DNA of 64,000 nucleotides from Chiloscyllium plagiosum (taxonomy: Eukaryota): NCBI RefSeq assembly GCF_004010195.1, contig NC_057735.1, positions 3,910,151 to 3,974,150 of the forward strand, given 5' to 3'. Positions 23,475 to 37,240 of this stretch are shown here, piece after piece. The first letter of the stretch is position 1; every line of letters begins with the position of its first letter. Below the pieces are notes generated by a model. The model saw nothing but the letters and a program-made list of their open reading frames with translations. It had not been told where the DNA came from and did no database searches. A program made the position numbers and the translations under genes.

Positions 23475-26330
23475 TAGAACACAGAACATAGAAAAGTATA
23501 GCACAGAACAGGCCCTTCGGCCCACTATGTTGTGCTGAGGGTTAATCCTAACATAAAATAACCTAACCTATGCGCCCCTCAATTCGCTGTTGTCCATGTG
23601 CATGTCCAGCAGTCATTTAAATGTCCCTAATGACTCTGTTTCCACCACCACTGCTGGCAACGCATTCCATGCGTTCACAACTCTCTGCGTAAAGAACCTA
23701 TCTCTGTTTTCTCCTCCATACCTTCCTCCTATCACCTTAAAACTATGACTTCTTGTGGCAGTCAGTCCTGCCTTGGAGAAAAGTCTGTGGCTATCGGCTC
23801 TATCCATGCCTCTCATTACCTTGTACACCTCGATCAGGCCACCTCTTTTCCTCCTCCTCTCCAGAGAGAAAAGTCTGATCTTAGTCAACCTCTCTTCATA
23901 AGGGAAGTCCTCCAGTCCACGCAGCATCCTGGTAAACCTTCTTTGCACCCTCTCCAAAATTTCTGCATCTTTCCTATAATAGGGTGATCAGAACTGGACA
24001 CAATATTCTAAGTGTGGTCTCACTTTTGTAGAGCTGCAGCAAAACCTCGCAGCTCTTAAACTCGATCCCCCATTAATGAAAGTCAAGACACCATATGCTT
24101 TCTAAACAACCCTATCCACTTGGGTGGCAACTTTGAGGCATCTGTGTACTTGAACACCAAGATCCCTCTGTTCCACCACACTGCATTTATCCAGATTGAA
24201 CTCCATCTGCTATTTCTCAGCCCAGCTCTGCATCCTGTCAATGTCGCCCTGCAGCCTGCAATAGCCCTTGATACTATCAGCGGTACCTCTAACCTTTTGT
24301 GGTAAACTTACTAACCCACCCCTCAACCTCCTCATCCAAGTCATTTATAAAAACTACAAAGGACAAAGGCTCAAAAACAACCCTGTGCCTTGCGGGACAC
24401 CACTGACCTCCAGGCAGAATACTTTCCATCTACAACCATTCTACCTTCTGTCAGCCAGTCAGTTCTGAATCCAGAGAGCCAAACCTCCCTGTATCCCATA
24501 TCTCCTGACTTTATGAATGAGCCTACCATGGGGAACCTTATCAAATGCCTTGCTGAAGTCCATATACACCACATCCACTGCTCGACCTTAGTTGACCTGT
24601 CCTTGTCACTTCCTCAAAGAACTGAATAAGATTTGTGAGGCATGACCTGCCCCTCACAAGCCATGTTGACTGTTTTAAACAGTATGCTTTACCAAATAGT
24701 CATAAATCCTATCCCTCAGAATATTTTCCAAAACCTTGCTGACCACAAATGTAAGGTTGACTGGTCTGTAATTGCTAGAGATTTCCTTATTATCCTTCTT
24801 TGAGGAAGTGAGGACTGCAGATGCTGGAGATCAGAGCTTAAAAATGTATTGCTGGAAAAGCGCAGCAGGTCAGGCAGCATCAAAGGAACAGGAGAATCAA
24901 CGTTTCGGGCATAAGATTAAGCATGCCCGAAATGTTGATTTTTCGGGCATAAGATTAAGCATGCCCGAAATGTTGATTCTCCTGTTCCTTTGATGTTGCC
25001 TGACCCGCTGCGCTTTTCCAGCAACACCTTTTTCAGCTTATTATCCTTCTTACAAAGAGGAACAATATGTACCTCCCTCCCATCCTCTGGTACAACTCCC
25101 TTGGAGAGTGAGGAAGCAAAGATCTTCACCAGTGGTTTAGCAATCTCCTTTCTCACTTCCCAGAGCAACTTAGGATAAATCTGTTCTGGCCCTGTGGCCT
25201 CATCAGTCTTAATGTTTGCCAAAATTTCCAGCACATCAACTTCCTTAATCTTGATCTGTTCAAGCCTTTTCTCTGCTCCTCAAAGTTCTCTAATCACAGC
25301 AAGGTCCCTTTCCTGAATGAAAACCGAAGCAAAAGGTCTCATTTCGGGCTTCCTGTATCTGCTCAGACTCCACACACAAGTTCCCTATGCTATCCCTGAT
25401 CAGCCTTACCTTCTCCCTGCTCAATCTTTTATTCCTCACATATGAGTAAAATGCCTTTGGGTTCTCCCTAATTCTTCCTGCCAAGCCCTTTTCGAGCTCC
25501 CTCCTTGCTCTCCTCAGTCCATTTTTGAGCTCCTTTCTAGTAAGCCTGTAATCCTTTAAAGCTGTGCTGGATCCTTGCTTTCACCACCTTACGTAAGCTG
25601 CCTTCCTCCTTTTGATGAGAAGCTCCTCTGTTCTCATCATCCAAGGCTCCTTAATGTTACCCCTTGCTTATCTCTGAGGAACAAATTTAAGCATCATTCA
25701 CAACATCTACTCCTTAAACAGTTTCCCCCCCCCGCCCCCGCCCTCCTGTGCCACAGTGCTAGGCTCAATGCCAGAGACCTGATAACTATGGCTTCCCTTG
25801 ATAGGCTGTTCCCACCAGCAGTTTCCAAAACGGTATACTTATTGCTGAGGAGAACGGCCATAAGGGATCCCTGCTCTGACCGTCGGTTCCCTTTCCTCCC
25901 CTGACTGTGTAACCCAGCTGTCCTTATCCTGTGTCTGAGGAGTGACCACCTCCCTGTACATCCTCTCAATTTCTCCCTCAGCCTCCCAGATAATGCGCAG
26001 TTCATCCAACTCCAGTTCCCTAACTCAGGTTTTTAAGGAGTTGGAATTGGGTGCACTTCCCACGGATGTGGCCAGCGGAGACATGTGAAGTGTCTCTCGC
26101 CTGCTACATTCTGCAGGAGGGACATGCAACTGTCCTATCAGCCATAACCCACTACTCTGAAAGCCCACACAAGACTGAACAACGAAAAGAAAAAAAGAAA
26201 ACCTGAACTTATCGAGTTTACAGACTCTTTAAGGTTAGAGGAGGTGGATGGGAGGGAGACCCTATGGTGTAGGGTCTTAGGTTTAGATCTCACCCACTTA
26301 AAAAAAAATCACTTACTTCTTGGCAGTCCT
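23475..26330 (-). mobile_element. CR1 LINE with a large internal deletion (APE/esterase) and a nested PLE
   Basis: Tail tagaacacagaacataga at 23475. ORF 23613-23957(-) reads ERVQRRFTRML...FFTQRVVNAWNALP. MDFSKAFDKVPH occurs at about 24530-24565. ORF1 remnants lie at 25740-26150. Confidence 0.88.
24801..25036. mobile_element. Fold-back mini PLE with a tandemly duplicated centre
   Basis: Inverted pLTR arms. The centre tttcgggcataagattaagcatgcccgaaatgttgatt occurs twice. 15-bp TSD cttattatccttctt at 24786-24800 and 25037-25051. Confidence 0.85.
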
Positions 26331-26533
26331 TGGTTTTGTCCATCCTCTTTCCTTGCCGCTCTTTTTTTTGGGTGATATGCCTCATTGTTACATACATTCC
26401 AATTATGCATTTATAGCAGCATGGATTGATTTCTCTGTTTGGTGTGGTGTGTTTAGATTTCTTAGTCTACCATATCTGCAAGTGTCTCAGATTGCCCTAG
26501 TTTGACAGTTGGCACCTTAAAGCACGTGCGCGT

Positions 26534-26534
<1 letters not shown>

Positions 26535-26563
<29 letters not shown>
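26535..26563. repeat. (CT)n microsatellite
   Basis: About 14 CT units, read directly. Confidence 0.9.
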
Positions 26564-26564
<1 letters not shown>

Positions 26565-26764
26565 CGCACAATTAGCGAAACTAGGAAGAAAGGCAAGGTG
26601 TCGTGTTCAGGACTATTTGGCACCTGAGGTGGAAATATTGAATGATCCCACTAATGGAGGTTATGACTGGTTCCGTTATGACTGTTTTCACTTCCCTGGC
26701 TATCACTTACAAACTTAATGATGCAGTTTCAACCTGTCTCTTTGTGGTTATAAACTTCTTGATG

Positions 26765-27270
26765 AACTTTAGTCCTGGTAACATCCTTGTAAATTTTTTT
26801 TGCACCCTCTCCAATTTAATAATAGCCTTCCGATAGTAGGGTGACCAGAACTGTACATAGTACTGCAGAAGAAGCCTCATCAATGTCCTGTACAACCTCG
26901 CCATGATTTCCCAACTCCTTTACTCAATGATCTGAGCAATGGAGGAAGCATGCCAAATGCCTCTTTCGCACCCTGTCTATTTGTGATGTAACTTACAAGG
27001 AACTATGCACCTGTTGGACAATACTGCCCACAGCCCTCCCATTAATTGTGTAAGTCCTTCTATGGTTTGTCTTGCCCAAATGTAACATCAGGCATTCATC
27101 TGAATTAAACTTTGTCTGCCACTTCTCAGCCCATTGGCTCAATTCATCAAGATCCCTTTGTAAATCTTAGACAACCTTTTGTACTGTCTACCACAAATTT
27201 TAATGTCATCTGCAAACTTATTAACCATGCTTTCTATATTCTCACCCAATCGTTTATTTAAATGACAAAC
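26765..27270 (-). mobile_element. CR1 RT fragment
   Basis: ORF 26707-26904(-) reads YYVQFWSPYYRKAIIKLERVQKKFTRMLPG. KFADD occurs at about 27205-27220. Confidence 0.8.
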
Positions 27271-29295
27271 TCACTGCACTGTTTAGAATCAAAGGTCTGA
27301 TGCTTTCACCTGATTTCATTTTCCAGTTTCCCCTTGTGAAACTGGTGAACTTGGACCCACACCCCTCATTTGACAAGCTAGATCATTTTCAAAGTATGGA
27401 TTTAACCATGCCGTTTCAGCACAATAAACGAGGTTCTTAACACTGGGCTACGTTGCTACATTGTGGGAATAAGATTTTTAATAGCTCTCTTCTTTGAAGA
27501 TGAAGGACTCTCCCCTCATCCCCTCCCCTTCCCTGAGGCATGGTGACCCTCGGGTTAAACCACCTCCAGTCGTGTGTCTCTGTCCATATGGTCTGGTAAG
27601 ATCATGGCAACTTTATATTCACCTTTTACAATGAAGATAAATCTAATTTGAGAATTAACTGAAGAAGTATTTAACCACACATTTGTTACACAAATTGCAG
27701 TATTTTCTAGTATGGAGATGTTGTGAAGTAAAAACTGTTGCATAGTTTCAAGGTTTTCAAGTCCCAAGGTGGTTCAGAAGGGATGGGTTATACCTAAACT
27801 GGGGAGAAAACTATCCCAGCAGGGAAGTTTGCTAGTACTACTCTGGAAGGTTTAGAGTAGTGGGGGCTGGGAACCAGGTCCTCAAGCCAAGGCCCAGTAA
27901 ATCAGAGAGGAAGGGCAGGCAGAGACAGGTAAATGAACACTATATGTTAGTGGGCTGAAGTGTGTTTATTTGAAAGCGAGGAGTATTATAGGTAAGGCAG
28001 GTGAGCTTAGAGCCTGGATCAGTACATGGGACTATGATATTGTGGCTATTATAGAGACTTGGTTGAGAGAGGTACAGGATTCGCTGCTTCAAGTTCCAGG
28101 GTTTCATTGTTTTAGACAAGATAGCGTGGCAGATAAAAGAGGAGGAGGAGTTGGATTACTATTCAGTGAGAATGTTATATCTGCACTCTGAAAGGACATA
28201 CTGGAGGGCTGATTTACTGAGGCAATATGGGTAAAGCTCAAAAATAAGATGGGTGTAATCACTCTGATAGGTAATACTATCGGTCCCCCAGCTGTCACCG
28301 AGAGATTGAGGAACAAATATGTTGGCAGATTGTGGAAAGATTCAATAAAAAAGACTTGTCATAATAGGTGACTTTAATTTCCCCAATATTGACTGCAGCT
28401 CCCTTTAGAGCAAAAAGGCTTCGGGCAGAATTTATTCTGTGCATCCAACAGGATTTCTTGAAACAGTATGTGGTTAGTTCAGCTAGAGGAGGGGTCATAT
28501 TGGACCTTGGCTAATGAGCCTGGCCAGGTGACTGACCTTTCATTGAGAGAGCATTTGGGAACAGTGATCACAACTCCTTAAGTTTTAAGATAGCTATGAA
28601 CCAGCATCAGACAGGACCTTTTGGAGAGGTGCTAAATTGGAGGAAGGCAAATTACATCTTGTATTAGGAAGGAGCTGTTAACAGGCAAGTCCACACTTGA
28701 CTTATAAGAATTGTTTAAAGACCTGCTGATCAAAGTTGAACACCAACATGTTACAGTAAGGAGGAGGGACAAGGATGACAAGGTAAAGGAACTTTGGATA
28801 ACAGGTTGTGAATTTTGTCAAAAGGACAAAAGCATATACAAGGTTCAGGAAACTTGAAAAACATACAGGGTCGGTGAGGAATATAAGGAAAGTACTCAAG
28901 CAGGTAATTAGGAAAACAAGAAGGAGTCATAAAATGACCTTGCCAAGAGGGTTAGAGTCCCAAGGCATTCTATAGACACATTAAAAAAACAAGGGGATAA
29001 CTAGAGCGAAATCAAGGATAAAGGAGGGAACTTGTGTTTGGAAACACAAGACGTGGGTGGGATCCTAAATGAGTACTTTGCGTCAGTGTTCACTCAGCAG
29101 GAGAATATGGTAGATAGTGAGATTTGTGTGGAGCGTGCTAATATGCTAGGGCATTTTGAGATCAAGGAAGAAGTGGTATTGGAATTGCTGAAGAGCATTA
29201 ACATAGAGAAGTTCCCAGGTCCTGATGGCATCTACCCCAGGTTATTGAGAGAGACCAGAGAGGAGATTGCTGGGGCCTTGACCAAGATCTTTGTA

Positions 29296-29383
29296 GCTGA
29301 AAATGTGTTGCTGGAAAAGCGCAGCAGGTCAGGCAGCATCCAAGGAACAGGAGAATCGACGTTTCGGGCATAAGTCCTTCAGG
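29296..29383 (-). mobile_element. 88-bp PLE pLTR insertion
   Basis: 12-bp TSD aagatctttgta at 29284-29295 and 29384-29395. Confidence 0.85.
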
Positions 29384-29689
29384 AAGATCTTTGTATCCTG
29401 GCTAGCCACTGGGGAAGTCCCGGAGGACTGGCAATTAGCTAATGTTGTTCCTCTGTTCAAGAAGGGAAATCGGGACAATCCAGGAAACTGTAGACCAGTA
29501 GGTTTCACATCGGTGGTTGGGAAGCTTTGGGGAGAATTCTTAAGGATTGGGTTTATGCACGTTTGGAAAAGCATGGCCTAATTAGGGACAGTCAGCATGG
29601 CTTTGTGCAGGATAGGTCATGTCTTGCTAACTTTGATTGAATTTTTCAAGGGGGTAACAAAGGTGATCGATGAAGATAGAGCAGTGGAT

Positions 29690-29783
29690 TTTTTTTTTAG
29701 ATTTTTTTTCGATTACATTAGTGTGGAAACAGGCCCTTCGGCCCAACAAGTCCATACCGACCCGCCGAAGCGCAACCCACCCA
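29690..29783 (-). mobile_element. 5'-truncated HE1 SINE tail inside the CR1 RT
   Basis: gtgtggaaacaggcccttcggcccaacaagtcc splits the host AVD/VVSMDFSKAF motif. Confidence 0.8.
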
Positions 29784-31369
29784 GATGTTGTTTCCATGGA
29801 TTTTAGTAAGGCTTTCAATAAGATCCCTCATGGTAGGCTCATCCAGAAGATTAAGATGCATAGGATTCATGGTGACTTGACTGTGTGGATTCAGAGTTGG
29901 CTTGCCCATAGAAGACAGAGGTAGTTAGTGGTGGAAGGGTATTTTTCAGGCTAGAGGACAGTGACTAGTGGTGTTCATACTGGGTCCATACTGGGACCTC
30001 TAAGTATAAATGATTTAGATGAAAATGTAGATGGGTGGGTTAGTAAGTTTGTGGACAACACAAAGGTTGGTGGAATTTTGGATAACGTAGAAGGTGTCAA
30101 AGGTATAGATGAATTGCAGATATGGGTGGAGAAAGGGTAGATGGAGTTTAAGCTGTGTAAGCATGAGATGCTGCACTTTGAGAGATCAAATGTTAAGGGA
30201 AAGTATACGATTCATGACAGGACCCTGAACAGCATTGATATACAGAGGGATCTTGGGGTTCAAGTCCATAGTTCCCTGAAAGTGGCCACACAAACAGATA
30301 GGGCAGTAACGGCATGCTTGCTTTGACAGGTCGGGGCATGAAGTAGAAGAGGCAGGATGTCATGTTGCAGCTTTATAAGACTTTGGTTAGGCCACACGTG
30401 GAGTATTGCATTCACTTCTGATTGCCACGTTACAGGAAGAATGTGGAGGCTTTGGTGAGGATGCAGAAGAGTTTACCAGAATGCTGCCTAAATTAGAGGG
30501 TATGAGCTATAAGGTGAGGCTAGAAAAATTCTGGTGGTTTTCTCTGGAGTGGCAGAGGCTGAGGGGAGATTTATACAAGTCTATAAAATTGAGATGAATA
30601 AATATGGTTGATGGTCAGAATCTTTTTCCCAGAGTTGAAATGTCTAATACTAGTGGCATGTGCTTAAGATGAGAAGGGGGAAAGTCCAAAGGAGATGTGA
30701 GGGGCAAATTTTTCCTACAGAGATAGGAGTCAGGAATGCACTGTCCGGGTGGTGCTGGAGGCAGATACAATAGGGGCACTTAACTGACTTTTAGATAAGC
30801 ACATAAATATGCAAGGAATGGAGGAATATGGATCAAGGGCAAGCAGGAAGGATTAATTTCATTTGGCATCAAGTTTGGCACAACTTTGTGGGCCGAACGG
30901 CCTGTTCCTGTGCTGTACTGTTCTATGTATTGATCCACTACCTCCAGGTTTGTAATCCAGATCACACCCTTTTATGTTCCATTTTAGATTATTGCTGTCT
31001 CGTGTAATTGCTCCAGTGTACTTTTGAAAGTTGCTGTTACAGCAGTTACAACGCTGCCATCAGCAACTTTCTCACTAACCCCTTATCCTACTACGTTTGT
31101 CGCATCATTCAGAATATTTCCTAAAACCTAATTAGGGTTTCCCCTGACTTTCCTTCACCTTTCCTAACCCAAGAGCATTGCGATCACTTGTATCCTTGCC
31201 ACTGTCCAAGTTGTTATCAGCTTATTAGAGAGAGAATCTGGGGTCTTTCTGATCCCTATGGCTCATTTTCTGGCCTCAGTCTTTGGAGTCTTGAAATGAA
31301 AGGATATAGGAAATTGTTAATTCTTTTTTTTATGGGCCTTAGTTTGTGTCAGAACATTGTAGCTTCCAG

Positions 31370-31529
31370 GTAAAAATAATGACTGCAGATGCTGGAAACC
31401 AGATTCTGGATTAGTGGTGCTGGAAGAGCACAGCAGTCCAGGCAGCATCCGAGGAGCAGTAAAATCGACGTCTCGGGCAAAAGCCCTTCATCAGGAATAA
31501 AGGCAGAGAGCCTGAAGTGTGGAGGGATG
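31370..31529 (-). mobile_element. PLE pLTR inserted in the head of a DeuSINE (host about 31346-31790, + strand)
   Basis: TSD agcttccag at 31361-31369 and 31530-31538. Minus strand reads ctgatgaagggcttttgcccgagacgtc. Confidence 0.8.
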
Positions 31530-32547
31530 AGCTTCCAGCCTACCTCCAGAGGCTTGAGTGCATAATCCAGATCGATACTCCCAGTGCAGTACTGAAGCAG
31601 CACTGCACTGTTCGTGATATCGTTTGGATGTGACAACATAACAAGATCATCCTCTGCCTTTCTGCTGGACATAGTGATTCTATGCCACAATTTAAAGGAG
31701 CAGTGGAGGATTTATCCCTCGGTTGATATCACTTTTTGCATATGACCTGGTGAGTAATTCATGTAATTGCTGTTTGAGGAAAATTTAAATTTGCATTGTT
31801 TGATGTCAGCTCTAACTGTTCATTGCTGTTACTACACATTAAAATTTGAATATAATGATCATGCCCAAGTTGAAACTCTTCTGAGGCTCTTAAACTGATT
31901 TCCAGGAATGGACCGTGCCAATGAGAAGTCTTGTCCATTTGGGGACCATTCAGCCATTTGGAACTTCTTCCATCATTCAATTACATCAAAGCTAATTGGA
32001 ATCTCAATTTTATTCACCTGGTACCTTTGTACAACAGTTAATACCCTTGTTAAACAAAAATCTATCAGTTTCCATTTTGAGTATTTCTGATACTTTGTCT
32101 CAGTAGCTTTTTAAGAGACGATTCTGGTTTTCCACTACCCTTTTGAAGACAAACGCCCTGGCATGAGCTTTGTAACCCAGCTGTATTTTTAATTTGGGGT
32201 CCTCCCATGTGGACCACTACCACCATAATTTCTCTCTCTGTCTACGCTGTGGTAGTCTTGCAACACAGTCAATAGCATCTATGCCTCTAAACCAGGAGCT
32301 TCAAGTTGAAGTCTTACTATATCAGAATGCTTGGCCAGCGAAGGGCTATTCTTGACATAGCCAAGCAGTTTGATTTATCTGTAAATTGTTCTGATGGTAA
32401 GAGCAAGAGAACCTGGTCAGCCAGAACCGTGTGGGAACTGAAGTGCAGTAACTACCACCACCATTAAAGGACTCCAACTGCAGGTTGTTTCTACAGGCTG
32501 TACTCCATGCAAATGCTTGCGTCGAGGGACTGCCAAGACAAAGATCT

Positions 32548-32872
32548 TTACAGATTACAGATTACATTACAGATTACATTACAGTGTGGAAACAGGCCCT
32601 TCGGCCCAACAAGTCCACACCGACCCGCCGAAGCGAACCCACCCATACCCCTACATTTACCCCTTACCGAACACTACGGGCAATTTAGTATGGCCAATTC
32701 ACCTGACCTGCACATCTTTGGACTGTGGGAGGAAACCGGAGCACCCGGAGGAAACCCACGCAGACACTGGGAGAACGTGCAAACTCCACACAGTCAGTCG
32801 CCTGAGGCGGGAATTGAACCCGGGTCTCTGGCGCTGTGAGGCAACAGTGCTAACCACTGTGCCACCGTGCTG
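32548..32872 (-). mobile_element. Full-length, young HE1-type SINE
   Basis: Intact tRNA head, central gtttcctccgggtgctccggtttcctccc V-domain and a tail of ttacaga/ttaca repeats. Confidence 0.9.
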
Positions 32873-32954
32873 TTTTCTAAATATTTTAAACGCTGTCAAT
32901 TCAATCACCCTTTAACTTTCAGCTTTAAGGTAGTAAAACCTAATCATAATTGGA

Positions 32955-33150
32955 TGAGTTGGTTAGCACAGTTGGCTGGATAGCTGGTTTGGAATGTAAA
33001 GTGATAGCACCAGAGTGGGTTCACTTCCCGCACCAGCTGAGGTTTCCATGAAGGATTCCTCTTCTCATATTTTCCCCTTGTCTGAGGCATGGTGACCCTC
33101 GGTGTAAAACTCAAACAGTTGTCTCTCTAATGAGAGCATGGAACTACAGT
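32955..33150 (+). mobile_element. tRNA-derived SINE of another family (partial copy at about 27495-27620)
   Basis: ggttagcacagttgg (A box) ... gggttcacttccc (B box). Shares ctgaggcatggtgaccctcgg with 27533-27553. Confidence 0.6.
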
Positions 33151-35289
33151 CCAATAGATCTAACATATAATCTGTCCTAATAATTTAACTTTGCTTCAGG
33201 CATAAACTTGCCTTCAAGGTCATTTCATTAAAAACAGCTAGTTACAGTGTATAGATTAAGTGTATGCATAAAATAAAATAAAGCAGAAAATGAGTTCCTA
33301 GAAGGTCTTCTAGATGTGTGCAAAATCTCTTCTCGTGGGCAACATTGGTAAGTGTATTCACAGTCCAGCAGATGTCAGTCTTGAGCTGTTCAAGTGGATT
33401 AAAACTAAGGTATTAACTAGACTGACATATCATTTAGTACTTGAACCTCCACAGTGTCAGCGGGGAAAGTCAGGTCAAGATTTATGAAAGCTTTTAACCG
33501 TTGCAACGCACTCTGATACGTTTTCCTACTTTTAGAGAAAAATATCTTTTAATTGCCAGTATGTGTGGGATTTTTTTTAAAAGATCTGTTCAGGCAGAAC
33601 TCTGCAGGGGCCAGTTTCAGGGCATCCAGCCTACAGAGGCCATAGAGTCAGGGTAGTTTTTTAATATTTTTTTCCATGCAAAGATTTTTATCGAAACAAA
33701 TAAAAATTCCATGTATTCTTGGGTTGTGCAATGCTTTACAGGGCACATTTTCGAGGCATGCTGGAAAGCCAATTGCTCCTATTAGCACAGCTTGCTGAGG
33801 CAGGTTTTGAGTTAGTTATAGTGGGCCAAGGACTGTCTCGGGGACTGTCCACAATATGATACAATATTTTTAATAATATTAAAGATGATTTTAATGTAGT
33901 CAAATCCAATCAGAGTTCCCTATTTGGAAGGTATGAATGTAGGGCCAGAGAAGCTTTGTAACTGAAAATTCAGCTCAACTTTAACACCAGATCAATAGAA
34001 TGGGATTCACCTTTACTTTATGAATTTCGGACATCCTCAATGTACAAAAGGAGGGGAATGTGAACTCTCTATGAACTTCCCATTATAACTTCAACCTGTT
34101 TTCCATAAAATTGCATCTGCATGTTAGGAATCCATTCCTAAAATGGAATTTATAGAAATGATAATTATTCATAGTATTATTGGCATTGTGTATAAAGTGC
34201 TCAAGATACACATTCCTTTGGGAAATTAAATATACAATCACAGGATACATGGAAATGATTGCTGCTACATAATCTAATCAAGCCATTTCGATGTTGTCAT
34301 GAACGGCCACTTGATCCCCTCCCTTGGATTATTGGTCTAAAGTCACTCTGTCACAGCTTTTGTTGTTTAATTGTGTTGTCTTAATTTTACATTCTTTTTT
34401 TGGCGACTGTGGCTCGTTAGACTGGACGCCAGCTGAACGGCCTCTCAGTCTTACTGTTGGCATTGGTTCAAGAGAAAGTCTCGCTCAGACTGCAGTGAAG
34501 GAAAGATATACTGGTGTAGTGCAAGATATTTTTCTGTACCATGGTTGCAACACTTTGCTACACTCGTAATTGCATGTAACACTCTACTGATGTTATAATC
34601 AGCATAAACATTTCTGTTATTTAAAAGTTGTAAATCTGGTTGTTGAAGCCTAGCTGAACAATCCAGAAACCGACCTGTGTGTGAGATTCCATGCATCCCC
34701 GTTGAAAGTCAACTAAGTTGAGATGGAGGAAATGGCCTCATCTGCATATATTAAGTAATGTAAGTTGAGGCAATTGGAATAAATTCAACACGCAAAGTTC
34801 ATCATACTCAGCAATGTTTTAACTGCAAATGATAGCCTGTCCTCTGTAATTATTGCTGCTTTGTTACATTGCATTGAGCTTGAGTGGTGATTTTTACTAC
34901 TTGGACCTTTTAAGAATTTGAAATGTTTTTTAAAGATTTCTCCCAATTATTATAAGGGAGACTGCAGTGCCATGTGCCATCCTATGATACTCTAGCTCGG
35001 GTTTTAATCCGGAGGAAGGTACAGACATCTTGAGAGTGAATAGGACAGTAGGAATAGTTTTGGACTGACCATGAGCTGGCATGATTGAACTACATGGTTC
35101 TTTGGGAATGTTTTCTGCGGTCACTAGATGTATCTACATCAATTCAACCACTGTCTGCACTGACTGTCACAAATACATAATGTATACAGCTTGTTTGACC
35201 AAAAGGTTAGTATTAAAAGTTCTGTTCTTCCCTAGATATCAATTCCAGTTGATACAACCTGACAATGAATGAAGGAATTGAGTACCCCA

Positions 35290-35633
35290 CATTAGGATCG
35301 CTTCACGTGCAGAAGACTCTGTACTTGTGCTGGTGATTCTCGAACTAGGGAACACACCCTAAACATTAGGATCAGACCATTCAGGAAAGATATTATGCAG
35401 CACTTCTACGCACATAGGGTGGTAGAGATTTGGAGCTCTCCTCTACAACTGGTAGGTGATGCTCGATCAGTTGTTAGTCTTTAACCTGAGAATGAGTGAT
35501 TTATGTTAAGCAATGGTATTAAGGGATATGGGTCCAAGGCTGGTACTATGGAGTTTAGACCATGGCTGTTCTGTGGCCTGATTGAATCGTGGAGCTAGCT
35601 CGGGGGGCCGAATGGTATGCTGCTGTTCCTATG
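35290..35633 (+). mobile_element. CR1 3' fragment
   Basis: Encodes HFYAHRVVEIWSSLL followed by a CR1-type 3'UTR. Confidence 0.65.
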
Positions 35634-35910
35634 TCGAAAGTGTGCCACTGAAAAAGCACAGCATCCGAGGAGCAGGAGAATGTGAGGAAGCGAGGAGCTC
35701 TCACACCTTCACCTACCTATTGCTTTCTCAGCTACCTTCTCTTCCCCCCCCGCCCATTTATCTCTCAACCTTCCTCCACCCCCTGGCCCACAGGAAGGGC
35801 TTATGCCCGAAACGTCGATTCTCCTGCTCCTTGGATGCTGTCCGACTTGATGTGCTTTTCCAGCATCACATTCTCGACCCTGATCTCCAGCATCTGCATT
35901 TCTCACTGCT
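35634..35910 (+). mobile_element. PLE pLTR with a short inverted 5' piece
   Basis: gaagggcttatgcccgaaacgtcgattctcctgctcc. TSD ttcctatg at 35626-35633 and 35911-35918. Confidence 0.75.
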
Positions 35911-36919
35911 TTCCTATGGACAAGCATCTTCAATTGTACCTGGTAAGAAGTAGAAGACCTGTATTTTTTTTTGTCTGCATTAGAAGGTGGTGATGCAGTG
36001 ACTGTGAGATCTTAGGCCACACTTGGAATAATGGAACAATTATGGGTACCCTACTTTTGGCAAGCATGAAGATGGTGAAGAAGTGACTATGCCAAGGATA
36101 AATGCTTTGTTCTTAGGAGAAATGAGAGAAACTGGATCCACTTTCTTTTGGAAGAGTGAAAATTAACAAGGTATTTTAAGGTATTAAAATTGAGGGGTTT
36201 TGATGAAGCAAATTTCTCAAAATACTTTCCACAGATCCATGAGTCCATAAATTCAGTAAAAGTATTAAGGCAAATGACAAACTAAGAAACAGGCTAGAAA
36301 AACCTATATTTCCTCAGTTATTAGAAAGATCATTAGGAGTAAATCATACGGAAGTTCAAGCCAGCACTATCGTTAAAATTATAATAGCTGACCTGTGGCT
36401 TCAGCTCCACTTTTCCATCCACTTGACATATCTTTTCTATTTCCTTAGACTCCAGGATCCAGAAAGTCTGCTCTCCAGATGGTTAGAGATGGGGCATGCC
36501 CTGAAAGATGTGCATCCGAACCTCTCCAATGTCCTGGCACACAGAGAGATTTACTGGGAAGTCTGAACCTTCCATGATAATGTGTGTCTGGAACTATCTC
36601 AGAAAGAGTCTGACTCTGATTTCGGGTTGGAGACTTGAGAGTTCTGACTAATTTAACTGGATAGTTACCCTGGAAATGTTGAGTAAAAAATCCTAGTCCT
36701 ACTCTTGGTTCGCTATGCAACTGATCCACTCATCCACCCCTGCTGATTTACCCACTCATACCTCTTGACAACCTCGTCACCCCACAAATAAATCCAACAG
36801 CTCCCTTGTACTCACTCCCAACTGTAGAATTGACTGTAATCTAGGAAATAAATAATCTGATATTGATTGGGAAATTTGGAACAAACATCTTATTTCAGCT
36901 TCAAGTGTAGTCAATGTTG

Positions 36920-37240
36920 GATTATTCACAACTTGGGTGGAAAATTCCAAAGAGACTCAATTTCTTAGAGAAGTAATTCTTCCTCATGCCCCTCCTAAAT
37001 ATTCGTCCCCTTATCCTGAGACACTCTGCCCCAACCAGCAGAAACAATTATTGTGTCACACTTTTTAAGCCCCCACAGAATTGTTTATGTTCTAGTGAGA
37101 TCATCTCTCATTCTTTCAAGCCCAGAGAATACAGAGCCAGTTGATGCATCCTAGGATAACCCCTGGCCCAAGGGCCCATTTAATGAACATTCACTGTACC
37201 ATCTCCAATGCAAGCGCATCCTGTTTGAATTTAGAAACTA
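36920..37240 (-). mobile_element. Decayed CR1 3' fragment
   Basis: gaagtaattcttcctcat...gtgagatcatctctcattctt, the reverse complement of the CR1 RT C-terminus. Confidence 0.5.

Larger units (their letters stand above)
27765..30929 (+). mobile_element. CR1 LINE, near-complete decayed ORF2 (APE+RT) with nested PLE and HE1 fragments
   Basis: KARSIIGKAGELRAWISTWDYDIVAIIETWL (APE), PGPDGIYPRLL, VVPLFKKG, MDFSKAF and a 3' tail tgctgtactgttctatgt. Confidence 0.9.
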
